A stretch of 63,379 nucleotides of DNA, the filler included, from Choristocarpus tenellus KU-1152 (taxonomy: Eukaryota > Protista > Phaeophyceae), in the NCBI GenBank assembly GCA_964200185.2. It is 13 parts of 13 records of this genome, joined end to end, with 100 filler letters (N's around TTAATTAATTAA, not from the genome) between each part and the next. Parts side by side here need not be neighbours in the genome. Positions count along the whole stretch, not along the records: positions 48,960 to 52,690 come from CAXNAD020018258.1; positions 52,791 to 60,274 come from CAXNAD020006085.1; positions 60,375 to 63,379 come from CAXNAD020022995.1; 10 more parts are not named here. One strand, 5' to 3'. Positions 50,920 to 62,983 of this stretch are shown here, one piece after another (the first letter of the stretch is position 1; each line of letters begins with the position of its first letter). The translations under genes and the position numbers were made by a program. The notes under the pieces were generated by a model. The model had not been told where the DNA came from and made no database searches. It was given only the letters and a program-made list of their open reading frames with translations.

Positions 50920-51230
50920 CCCCAACCTACCTTAGTCCTACACCCCAGGGTGAAGAGCTAGGGAAGCGTCCCAAGAATCTAACAAGTCCATCCTTGCCCA
51001 TCTCCCTGTTGTCTCCAGCTTAAAACGCTTGACATGTCAAGATAGAGCTACTTGCGCTGTGACAGATACTATCTGTCGTATACAGGATTTAACAACCCCT
51101 TTCTTGCTGTAGACTCCTGCCCCTCCCCCCCCTACTGCGTGCGTAGGCAACTTATCCAGAAAATTTTCCGCTTGCTTACCGAGGCGCCCAAACCTTTCCA
51201 CCACCATGAAGGTGTGGAGTTTATAACTAC
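50920..51230 (-). mobile_element. Second CRE-like 3' fragment
   Basis: YKLHTFMVVERFGRLGKQAENFLDKL...IRQIVSVTAQVALS, with nucleotide similarity to 49390-49680. Confidence 0.7.
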
Positions 51231-51369
51231 TATTATATATATTGTTATCACACCACCACTTTCCACTCCACCCCACCATTCAACCTCAATCAACCCCTCA
51301 ACACTTTCCACTCCACCACCTTATCCAACCCCCTTCAACACCACCTCATAACCATCCAAGAACACCCAC

Positions 51370-51640
51370 CCCTTCATCATCCACTTCAATGCCATGCCTT
51401 TGAGCTAGAAGATATCTAACCCGCCCAAATTTGACCTTCCCTCCCTTTTCCTCAGCATCCCAGTCGGTTGTGAGCAATTGAAAGGAAGGGTGGGCAAAGA
51501 TTGCTTGGAGGTTGTCTTGTTCTAGTCCTGCTTGTCTTGTCCCACCAACCTCAAGTTTTACCTTTCGTTCGGTTCCATCCCTTCCTACCTTGTCCTCCCA
51601 CCTCCCACTCATTTCTTCTAAGTTCTCTCCTACCTTTTTT
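51370..51640 (-). CDS. Possible isolated exon of an unknown gene or pseudogene
   Basis: Open frame ...EQDNLQAIFAHPSFQLLTTDWDAEEKGGKVKFGRVRYLLAQRHGIEVDDEG ending at a GTGGGT donor-like site. No partner exons found. Confidence 0.3.
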
Positions 51641-53129
51641 CTATCTCCTAATCACCCAATACTTCGCTCTTTGTCCACCTTCTCATTATTTTCCTTGTAT
51701 TCTAATCAACACTCCGTTCTCCGTAAGTCATCCCTCCCAAGAATTATTTCGTCCGTAAAACTCAGATTACTTCGTAAACTTTGACATTGAATATTCAATC
51801 AATCAAATTGGAAGGTATTATCCTGTCCTATCAAATTTCACCGAAAGAAAACTGGACAAAATAGTGTTTGTTTCATTTTTTTAGAACTTGGACAATAACA
51901 AGGAAGAATACCAACTTATGAAAAGGACTGGATACACCACCCCCTGTCTTTCTTTATTTACTTCAATGTCCTATAATGTAGTTACACTTGTATTTTCCCT
52001 GTTTTCAGGTGATATTTCTCCACAAGAGTTCATTTAGAACAGTGTTCAGTATTCTAAATATCCTCCTCCACATGAAGATGTACTAAAAAAATCAAGGTAT
52101 GAACTACACGAAAAAAAAAAGTTAGACGGAGGAACGATTATTTATGCCTTTTGATAAGATGTTCTTAACCCCAATAATGGACATTTCCACTCTCTTTCTT
52201 ATGGGTTAAACGGTTGTTTTTACGATGTTAGGAGTAAGTCATTGTATGCTTCCACTACTACCTTTTATAATGTTATTGATGGAACTAACTAAATCACCAT
52301 GTTTAAACCAATATTTTAAACATATAAAAATATATCTTCTCACAATAGGAAAACTTACACTCTCTAACATCTTACAGATGTGTCATGATGGAAAATCGAA
52401 ACAGCGCTACGAATACTCCTACCACTTCTAATACTATTATTCCTCGTACTACTATGTATATAAATAATAACAAAAATATATAGACAACTGTTACTTTTTC
52501 AGGGGTTGTTCTGATATCTGAATGGTTTTTCATTGGTCTGTTCCCTGACACATCTCCAAAATGTCGATGACATACTAATATATATATATATGTGAAACAG
52601 GTGGAAACAGCCGACAGGTTTTTCGTAATGAAGGGGAGCGGGAACACCCACAGGAGGACACATCAAAGAGAGACAAGGTCAAAGAGGGAGNNNNNNNNNN
52701 NNNNNNNNNNNNNNNNNNNNNNNNNNNNNNNNNNTTAATTAATTAANNNNNNNNNNNNNNNNNNNNNNNNNNNNNNNNNNNNNNNNNNNNCCAGTCAATT
52801 TTGGGTCAAGCCCATCCTCAATGAAAAGCTCCATCCTCAATTTTTGAAATCGGCTGTTTCCTGAGTATCACCAAAATACAAATATAATGCAATAAACGGG
52901 AATCATAGGTGTAGCCACCCAAGGTGTGGGAAGAGAGTGGTTAAGCTGTGTGAGGTCGATGAACCCACTGTGCAAAGAATATCAGGTGTCATTGAGGTGG
53001 ATATTGTGCACCTTGTCTTCGTTCTCGGATGAACTTTCTTTTGACAATGTGTCATGAGTGAATACCACTGTGATATCGTCTGTGATGTATCCATACATCT
53101 GTGAACCTCTTCCATGTTTTTCGTGAACT

Positions 53130-54677
53130 AATTTGTTACAGAGGCAGATCATTGCATGAGTTGGCAGAAGCATCGCGCCACTGGCGTAACAAATTTGTTG
53201 GAACCCTCACGGGACTAGGTTTCGAGCAGTGCAAGGCTGACCCTTGTTTACTTCGTCTTGTGGACCAAGGGGTGTTAGAAGTACTGATAGCCACACATAT
53301 GGATGATCTATTGATGGCTAGTCACTCACAGGAGAAGGGCAGGGTGGCGTTGGAAACTCTGAACAAGGAATTCTCTGTGAAGGATTTTGGTGATATAAAA
53401 TTATGTATGGGATGCCGTATTTCACAGGATTGTAAAATGAGGATACTATAGCTTGATGAGCAAATCTACGTGGAAGGGTTGGTAAAACGATTCAAGATCA
53501 TCAAAGAATATAATCTGCCTGGATCTAAAACCAGAACATTGTCTGAGAAGGATTCGTACGTGAAAATGGACCCATCTACTCCATACAGAGAAGCAGTGGG
53601 GTCATTAATCTGGTTAGTGACCATGACGAGGCCTGATATTACCGTGGTAATGACTGTAGTAAGATTTAGGCCCAAAGTATCTGGGAGGGGGGGGGGGGCT
53701 ACACCAAGGTGTCCATTTGGGCCAAAATAAGGAAAAGTGCCTTTACAGTGTCCATGTGATGTATGCAACCAAATCACCTAAAAATCGCGATATGAAAAAA
53801 TTGACCCCAAATGGACAGCCAGCACCCCCTCACAGATACTTTTAGCCTTAACGACAACTCAAGGCAGAGGCATTGGGAAGTTGTTAAACAGATCTTGGGG
53901 TATGTGAGTCACACAAAGGGAACTGGCATCACATACGATGGAAAGCTGGGAAAGCGACTGGAGACGTTTGCTGATGCGGACTATGCATCTGATCTGGATC
54001 AATGGAGGCCTATATCTGGGGGATTAATTTGCATGGGAGGTGTAGCATTATAGTGGTTTTCTAGGATGGAGAAGGTGGCTTTGTCTACAACGCAAGCTGA
54101 ATATTTTGCTTTTTGTAAACAGCTAAGGAAGCGCTCTTATTTAGACAGGTATTAGAGTTAATAAAGCTGTAGAGGACTACTAACTGTACTTTGATGTACG
54201 AGGATAATGGGAGCGCAGTAAAGCTTTTTGGAAATCCAATCAATGTATTTAGAATAAAGCATATAGATGTAAGTCATCATTTTCTTAGGCAGTTAGTTAG
54301 AGGTAAGATTGTAGAAGTTGTGCATGTGGAATCTGAGAAGCAGCATGCAGATTTTCTCACCAAGCCTCTCAAACGCAGAAATTCCATGTATCATGTGAGA
54401 GCTGTAATGAATTTATGATGATTTGAATTTAAATATTTGGAGTGTAGCTAGGATAAACCTATGATCGGTGTTGTGTTGTAGTAGAACTTTGTGAGTACAC
54501 AGCAGGAGAGGATGTTCGCATGAGGAGATGCTTTGAAGTACTATACATACCAAATAATGTTGTGATTTGTACATATGAAGAATAAATTATGGACATAATA
54601 ACAAGATCATATGTGTAAGATGATAAAGTAGTGATGGATCAGAAAATTGGAATATATATGGTGATGTTGAATAAACA
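53130..54677 (+). mobile_element. Ty1/Copia RT-RNase H 3' end with PPT and putative ~165-bp LTR (54513-54677), degenerate
   Basis: RSLHELAEASRHW...GFEQCKADPCL...HMDD...PYREAVGSLIWL..TRPDI...HWEVVKQILGY...FADADYA...KHIDV..HF...HADFLTKPL; PPT AGCAGGAGAGGA, then TGTT...AACA. Confidence 0.92.
53669..53847. mobile_element. Non-autonomous TIR element, family B (~180 bp), inserted in the Copia RT; terminal fragments at ~17677-17711, 36562-36604, 36705-36729, ~41564-41615, ~44768-44808, 48960-49035, ~58052-58098
   Basis: TIRs GGCCCAAAGTATCTG / CAGATACTTTTAGCC with a G-tract after the left TIR. Removing the insert plus one TTA restores the frame VVRFNDNSRQRHWEVVK. Confidence 0.85.
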
Positions 54678-55087
54678 TTTTAGGAAGTGTTTCTATGCTT
54701 TCTCTGCTGGAAATGTTTTTGTCAGTGATACACCAAATTACATGAAAGCGTGATTATGGAGATTAGGAACTACCCCCTTTTGTGGATACGTCCCACTCTT
54801 CGCTGTAAATTCAAAAAAGCACATTCTACATCATTATCTTCTTTGTAAAGCACCACATTCTTTGGGAGCGTGCGAACATGGCTGTGACCACAGGAATGAA
54901 GATCATCATGTCCGCTGACGTTTGGGAGTTTTTTCTTTTAGTGAAGGACATTCGAGATTAAATGTGTACTATGCAATTTCAATACATTTGAAGATGGTCA
55001 CAAACGCGCCAAGAGAACCTAAGATCAAGTGCCGGTATTATTCAATGTATGACGGAACGGCGAGATGATAATATATCGAAGTATATA

Positions 55088-56299
55088 CTACCTCAGTGCC
55101 ATAAGTCTATGCCGCGTTGTCCATAACTTTTGAAGATATTGATGAAATTGATTTCTGAAAAAATATTTGGAATCCTTGATGATTTTCTGGTTAGGATGAG
55201 CTTTTTTTCTTTATTACTCCCCATCCATTACAATTTATCAGCCAATTTATCAGCCACAGAAAAAGCCTCCATGTCTAACTTCGGCATGTTTTCAAGCTCG
55301 CCAGACAACTGCCTCTCCCTTAACACTGCGTGTTCTACACCGAAGTCATTCCCCCCTTTGTATCTAAGTACTTGATTGCACACCACAAGAAGGAGCTGCC
55401 AAGCCCTCTCAAATATGGTTTCTTAATACTTCTCATGCTATTTCTTAATGACCTTCACCATCTCCTTGATGGACCCAAACCACTCCTCCATCACCCGCCA
55501 TTTCAAAGACCTGAAGAAGTACAGGTTCATGATATTGAGGCCAGGGGAGTTAGATGGCTGCGTCACAAGCCTAATCGACCACCCTTCAGTCTTCCCTGCC
55601 CCCGACAAGATTTCTGAGTTGCCCTTGTCTGTGTGGGGGGTGGCACTGTCTTGCTGAACAACAACGTGCTTCCCCTGTTTATGTTCCTCATGCTATAATT
55701 CAGCCCCTTGGCGACCGTCTTGATTGTCACCTGACACACTATGGATGACCGATTATCGGAGTTGATACTATATATTTGCGGCCATCTTGGTCAGTGTGAG
55801 CTCCGAATGCCACCCACTACGTGCCGCCACCCCTAGGTCAAGTGTGTGGTCACGGGTGAGTTAATCAGTGACATCCTTCCAGAGCCCTCGCATGTAATGC
55901 TCGGACACTCCAAACTCCACTTCGAGGGCCGGCCCAACGTGTCGCAGCAGTTTATATTCACCAGGGACCATCACGAGGGTGTGCTGCACTGCAAGTGCAA
56001 CCCTGGTATTCAGGGACACTTGGGCACCCTTCTGACATGGGGGGGTCTACGGGGGGGTTACCATGCCGATGTTCTGACCCTCGATGTGCCCAGTTCTGGC
56101 CTCAAAACCACCCCAAAAGACTCCTACTTTGACGACTTGAAGCACCTGGAGTTTGTACCTGATGATCCTCGACTCCCACCTTTTCTGAAAGCTGAGATTG
56201 TCAACCCGATTTCATTCTGTGGGGCTATCATCTGATTCGGCGCTGTTCTCGCTCGGCGAGCCCAGATGTTTCGCGGAACAAATTCATGGCACAGAGTAA
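55088..56299 (-). mobile_element. Second degenerate mariner-like transposon
   Basis: Minus frame VVQQDSATPHT...GWSIRLVTQPSNSPGLNIMNLYFFRSLK (~55503-55665); imperfect TIRs TA|CTACCTCAGTGCCATAAG (55086-55105) and TTCATGGCACAGAGTAA|TA (~56283-56301). Confidence 0.8.
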
Positions 56300-59200
56300 T
56301 AGCACACCAATGTAAGAATACTTGTCACACCATACTGTTACCAAAATACAAATAGCGTACTATTCCACTATTACATGCCACATCAAACTATCAATATTAT
56401 ATTATTAATTGCATGCTATTGTATTAATACGTATCACATCATACTATTAAAAAAATACAAACAACATATTCCTGTACTAAATTCATGTCACATTATATTT
56501 TTTGGGCAGGTCGCCTTTTTAGGATCTCCCGACATTGACGGGGATAATATGCACGGTCATATACATTTGCGCACGTCACATTTACCATTGAGGCCAGACC
56601 AAGTGATGTATGTGGGTCAGACGCACGACTGGCACGCGGTGAGCCAAATTATCTTAGAGGGTAGAGTCGTTTCCATTTGGGGGCCAAAATCCAATGTTGC
56701 AATTTTGATGTAATTTTAGCTATTGGATTTGTTAGGAATTGTCAAATATCCTTGTTCGGACACAATGTTTCATAACGTACACATTTTACCTACTCCGAAA
56801 CATTTGGAGTAGGAAAATGTCATAAAAAACCCATGGGAAGCCAAACCCCAAACGGATAAATAGGACAAAACTTGTACCCTCTAAGATAATTTCACTTGAT
56901 AACCCCGACATGAATGGTGGATTCAAACCAGTAAAGTCTGAGATTGTGTTTTCTGTTCTCACTGGTCACAACCAATCACATTGAAGATTGATCCACGTGA
57001 CACGCCAAGCATGTCAACATCCACCCAGCATGCCTCAGTCTCATCTTTCAATTCCTTTCTGAACCTCATCTCTGGCCCCCCATCACACAGAACCAAGCTG
57101 CTTAATACATACTATCAATACTAATTTGAATAAATTGTATACTACGTCATATACATGCCACACCATCCTATATTAATATTAATAGTAATAGTAATATAAA
57201 TAGAATACTACTGTATTTATACGGATCACACAATGCTATTTTAACATTAATATGTATAGTATAGTGCATTAATATGAATAACAAAACATGATATAAGTGC
57301 AAGATGATGATGTGCAATATAGGCTAGGGAGTCTATACGGTCTCATGTGTTTAGTGACTACTACTAGACAACAGAGATGTTGACTAAGTAGAATATGTGT
57401 CAACGTCTTATTTCTGTGTGCTTTGAGGAAAAGGTTCGAATCTCGGACGACTGATTTCTTAGTAATTCACATAAACGGAGGATTACTGATGATGTAGTAC
57501 GAGTTACACAGGATAAGTGACATAGTAAGACCAACGACAGGACACATTTTTGATGTGTCTGCTGACGTGTTCAATAAGATAAGAGAGAACACCCCCCCAC
57601 CGAGGGCTGTGCTCACTCCGCTAAAAAATAAATCCATACCACATAAAGCAAAGATTTTATTGGAATAGCTCTCTTTTGCATAGATAATACATACAATATC
57701 AGTGAAGGATCAAAACATACACATTATCAACCAGTAGATATATATGGTGAGTGAAACAATCTGAGAGGGGGACTGATATAATCAATATTATTTAAAAGCC
57801 TCTTAAGCATTGCGCCATGTATACCATCCCCATTCCTGCAATTCAGTTAACCCCGCTTCTCATGGTATGCCTCTTAGATAACATCACATGAGGACATATT
57901 ATGAACCAAAATCGCCTTCCATGGTGTTCAAACTACCTTGTATCACAAGGTACTCATACAGTCGCTCTAAACTCAGTGACCCCCCTCCTTAATGGTAAGT
58001 ATCTACCACTCTACATATTGTAGTGGGGTTTAGGGTGTCCATTTGAGATATGGGTCAAAGAATCTGGGGGGGAGGGTGCCGGCGTCCGTTTTTGACCCTT
58101 ATCCTCGAAGATCATAACTGTTCTCCCTAACATCTCTATCACCACCAGGGCAGGCAATGTGGATAAGCCTCCTTCAAGGTCCCAAGTTTCCTAAAGGAAC
58201 CACTTTTTCTAGGCACATGATATTTCGAGGTCAAGGTTACGAACAGAGACAATTATTTTCTATACTACTGGGGAAGGCGTTATTGTCCAAAGTATTCGCT
58301 GTATTTACAACTGACAGTACAAGAGACACTCTAACTAACTGTGGAAAACCCTAACCCTAAACCTAACCCCAACTATTCATTCCTATTCTTATTAATCATT
58401 GACATGGAGTGGCACAAAAATACTATTGCAAAATAGAAAAATATATTAACAACCCAATGATCTGGAATGAATCTATACTATATTAAAAAAAAATGGAAAC
58501 ATGGTGGGTTGGCCGCGGGATTTATTAATAAAAACTCTGATCATCTCACACCATCAGTAAAAAATATTTATAATGAGAGCAACAAAACTTCTGAGTACAT
58601 GCAAAGGAACGAATGAATCTACGTATATGTACATACTTCAAAATTATGAGATATTAAAAGATCCTAGGTTTGATAAATAAATGATGGCAAAGGAAAAAAA
58701 GGATAGGGATACAGCCTTGTGAGGACTTGCCTTTCATAATACATCATGGATGCATGATTCTAAGTACACAAAAATAATATTTAATGATGAGATGAAAGAG
58801 ATCTCTAGTGTTACGGACTTATCCTTAACTCTGTTGTAGTATATCAAAGTACAGTGTGATCCTTCTACTGCTTGCGCTGTTGGAAAGTTACAATATCTAA
58901 TCTTGAGTCAAAGCATCTTAGAGGGTAGATCCGCGTCCGTTTGGGAACCAAAATCCAATGTTGCAATTTTGATATAATTTTGGCTATCGTATTTGTTAGG
59001 AAGTGTCAATATCCTTGTTCCGAACACACCTTTTCATGACGTATACATTTTACCTACGCCGAAACATTTTGGAGTAGGTAAATTGTCATAAAAAAAACAT
59101 GGGAAGCCAAGACCCAAACGAACAAACAGCACAAAATCGTATCCTCCCCCTACTTATCTTGGTTACCTTCTGTTACATTATTTTTACCTTATTATTATTT

Positions 59201-60500
59201 TGTACTACCACTACTGTTGTATTTATCAGTATTTACAATGGTATCTGTTGGCAGTATGTCTGTAAGTGCCATTATTGTGAGCATATGTGTATGGCAGGAG
59301 CTGACTGTGCCTGAATGCATCTTTTGTCATACTACAATCTATGAGCTTATCTACTCTAGATGGGAATGTATACCGACCATATTTACCCAGTAATCACCTG
59401 CTAGATAATTACATCAGGATTGACCGCGATATACCTCTTGTGTAATAAAAATGAAAAATCCCGCTGAATTTTGTGACTATATTGTTGTATCATTAGAGAG
59501 AGAAGATCGTGTGTTAGTAACTTCAAACTTAGTATAGGGTTAGGGTTATTTGGAGGATTTCACCCCAAACAACAGTCAGTAAACAGTAGTTGAAGTAAAG
59601 AGTGATCATAGTAGTCAGGTATATCCTATTGATCTTCGAAGCAGCCTTGTGAGTGTGTGATAGCACTAATACATATTTATTTAGTAAAACAAAGTACTTC
59701 ATACTGATAATAGTACCATATAGAGGTGATAGAATATTATTGAAAATGGAATATTATAGAAAATTGAATATTATATAGATAATAGTGCTATATATAGAAA
59801 TATTACTCTATATAGATACCAGTACTATATACAGAAGTACTTTATATATAGCATATTTTCGCCCTGTATGGTGTACTAATATTCGATGCCACACACCATC
59901 ACCACCCCGATACTACATGGTTCAATACACAAGTTCAACTTGCCTTGTCAAACGTTCAACAACCTCAAATCTTTCCATTCAATACTCAACCTTTCACAGT
60001 TCATCAAAATATCACCTTGCCCCCTCATTCCATATAAGTTACTTGTGCATGAGAGAGGAGGGTCACCCCACCTATCTATTTTTTTGTTATGGTCTGACTT
60101 CTGGTATATTACTTGAGGAATGAATCAAACACTTGGAGGAAGAAGAGAAGAGTATTGTTTTATATTGTTTTCTAGTAATACTCTATTGCAGTAGTTGTTA
60201 AAGAAATTGGTGTTCCCAAGACTAGTGTATGTGAATAACTCGATTAATTCCTCATTATGTAGAACAGGTTGTACNNNNNNNNNNNNNNNNNNNNNNNNNN
60301 NNNNNNNNNNNNNNNNNNTTAATTAATTAANNNNNNNNNNNNNNNNNNNNNNNNNNNNNNNNNNNNNNNNNNNNGTGCGGTGCCGAAAAAGACGCTGACA
60401 GCATATTTTACAATTGAGGGGCGCATGGCGACGTATGGGTGCGCAGGAGATACGGAAAAGGCAAAAAAAGAGAACCGCGGCAACTGCACCATTTACCAAC

Positions 60501-62622
60501 CTTTGGAGCTCAGGTATCCACTTCTCCTTGGGTACAATCTGCCTGGTGCACGAGATAAGCACCTCGGATATGTGCGCGTCCGATTCGATCTCCTTGTAGT
60601 CCCTCGCCGTAGGAGCCTTCCCGTTGAATGACTTGTACCTGCACAAAGAGAATGGCAATGAAGGACATCAACGAGAACGATGTGCAGGTAATGATGAGTA
60701 AAGGGTCGCCACTGCAGAAAATATTCTATGGAACAATAATCATAGTTCAGAAAGACAAGAGCACACATACACAGGAAACACACACTGCAGGTAGTCTTTC
60801 CACAGTACTACGAACGGTTCGTCGTTCGATACAACAATGCCCGACTACGGTCTTCATCGTAGGAGACACTTATTGAACGTTCCTGTACAAGGTGCTGCGA
60901 CCGGCAGACATGTCGCTTACTGCTGTCTACACGATAAAACACAGTGGCGGTTTGACTTGCCTCGCAAGCAGACGGATGCATATCCCCTGCTTCAGAGAAG
61001 TGAAGCCGGCAAACTCCTCGCGAGTCAGATAGCTCAGTGTGACCGCGTTGCGGTCGACCTGTGGTGACGAGGCCTCACACACTTCCTTCAGTACCTCGAA
61101 GGACTCTGGTTGAAGGGACTTTACGCCTTGCTGCCAGTTTCGTAGAGTTGTTTTCGGCGGGGGAGTAACACCCACCTTCGCGATGGGCAGAAAAGAAAAA
61201 TATCATGCACCCAGCCAGCCAGGATGAGGCATCATTATTACCACGCCAACGGGGTATGTATGAGTTGGGGGGGGTGTTATTCAGCGGCCTGACCTAATGA
61301 TAAAACAAACAAGAACACTTTTCATTGTTCGTGTATATACATCACAGACACAGCATGTGGTTGCCCACGAAAGAGAGGGTTTGGTTCACAAAATGACGCA
61401 TCATGCGTTTATGACCTCAGGCAACACCACAACGGTCCGGGTAAGGAGTGGACCTTACCCGAGGGAGGGGGGGGGGAGGGGGTATGATACTCAGCAGCCT
61501 GGCCTACCTAGTGCTGAAAGAAAAAAATGTTCACTTCGTCTGTGAATTTGCACATACACATACTACATGGTCACCCGAAAATCAAGCATTTGGTTGGCAG
61601 GGTTGCTAAATGTGGGATAACTATCTGAACTTAGGTTGAATAGGAGGACACAGAGAGATCTTCACAACAGCTGTAACCCAACAAAGAGGAGGAGTAGAGC
61701 GCCACCATCCCACCAACGTTGACAACTCCCTCACCTTCATGTACATTTTGCGGAACTCTGCTAGTGACACTTCTTTCTTCTTTGTCTGGCGCTTGATAGC
61801 TTCTTTGAGCTCGTGCTGAAAATATACCTTATCATACAGCGTGCGCTCAACCACACTCTCGGTCGCGTCGTTGAATGCAATAAGCCTGGCAGTGCAGTGA
61901 GCGAGCGGGGCAAGGGGTAGGTGGGAAGTGGTTGCGAGACACACGCGGCAGGCAGTAGTGAGCAACATGTTGCTGCTGACAGAAAGACCACGAGGGATAA
62001 AAAAGATCAACAACAAAAAGATCAACAACGGGCTGACTGGTGATGAACCAAACAAAGGAAACACGGCAATAGCTTAGTAGATCAGAAGAGTCATCAGGCG
62101 ATCCTGGAACAACGACAACACTCAACTTACTTAGTTGCTTAGTTGATCAGAAGAGTCAGGCGATCATGGAACAATGACAACACTCCATCACTCACTGTTG
62201 GCAATTAGCCTCTCTTCTGCTTGGTCGAACTCCATATTGACCCGCATTATGAAAGTGCGTTCGTGATCAAACTCTCTCTTCAATACCGTTATTCTATGGT
62301 TTCCGTCCAGTGTGCGTCGTTGAACGGCAGCGTGGTGTTGGCGGTGACCTGGTCCCCGTTGCCTTGCCTCGTTGGATGACGATGGACGGAGCAAACTGCT
62401 CGAGCCAGCCTTTTTCACGGATAGACTTGCTGACACACGCAAGGCCATGCTCGCTCAGGGGCCGCACCATCTCCGTGCACGTGATGTTGCAGATTTTCAT
62501 CTTGTACATGCCGAGGTAGTGCTGTTTGAGGAGCGAGGACATGCCCTTGGCATTGCTGTCCGACGCTCTTGATCCGTGGGCAGCGCCATTGGGGGGGTCG
62601 CTGTTGAGCGGATGTTGGACAT
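60501..62622 (-). pseudogene. Intron-containing gene (frameshifted) with ParB/Sulfiredoxin-like N-terminal domain and putative HTH; exons ~62196-62622, 61735-61885, 60961-61175, 60501-60638; continues past the contig end
   Basis: MKICNITCTEMVRPLSEHGLACVSKSIREKGWLEQFAPSIVI [frameshift] TLDGNHRITVLK...DQAEERLIAN...FNDATESVVERTLYDK fits the ParBc pattern (R....L..L..SI...G...PI.V...DG.HR...N..R). It is followed by VSLAEFRKMY-...KTTLRNWQQ. Exons 2-4 join in phase; the exon 1-2 junction is ambiguous. Confidence 0.68.
62072..62185. repeat. Diverged tandem duplication (~63-bp period) in intron 1 of the ParB-like gene
   Basis: GCTTAGT(A/T)GATCAGAAGAGTCA(TCA)GGCGATC(C/A)TGGAACAA(C/T)GACAACACTC occurs twice. 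Confidence 0.85.
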
Positions 62623-62983
62623 TGTGAAGATTGGGAAGGTGTGACGGGGATAGATAAGAAAGAGCTGGTGGTGGTATGTGCGGAAGGGAAAGAATGGAAA
62701 TGGGAGGTGCTGCTTTATTTCATTTGGTCCATCGGACCCCAAAGAACTCGGATTTCTCTTTCCGTTGATATTGTGTTCCAAAAAAATATGAATATCGAGC
62801 AGTATACGATTTCATATTTAAAAGAAATAGAGAGTATCAGTTTTTTGTGACCTTTTCGTTTCGGAACACTTGATACGTATTAGATCAATTAAGTATGTGG
62901 TTCATATTTTTATTTATTGAAATTACGAATATAATCTAATTTTTAATTTCTAAAAACCAGAATACACATATTTTTCAGAGTTT

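Noticed and set aside
37981-59145. Recurring ~25-bp motifs as a possible CRISPR-like array
   Set aside because: Copies are dispersed, inverted and flanked by conserved internal sequence, so they are TIRs. There is no regular repeat-spacer periodicity and no cas genes.
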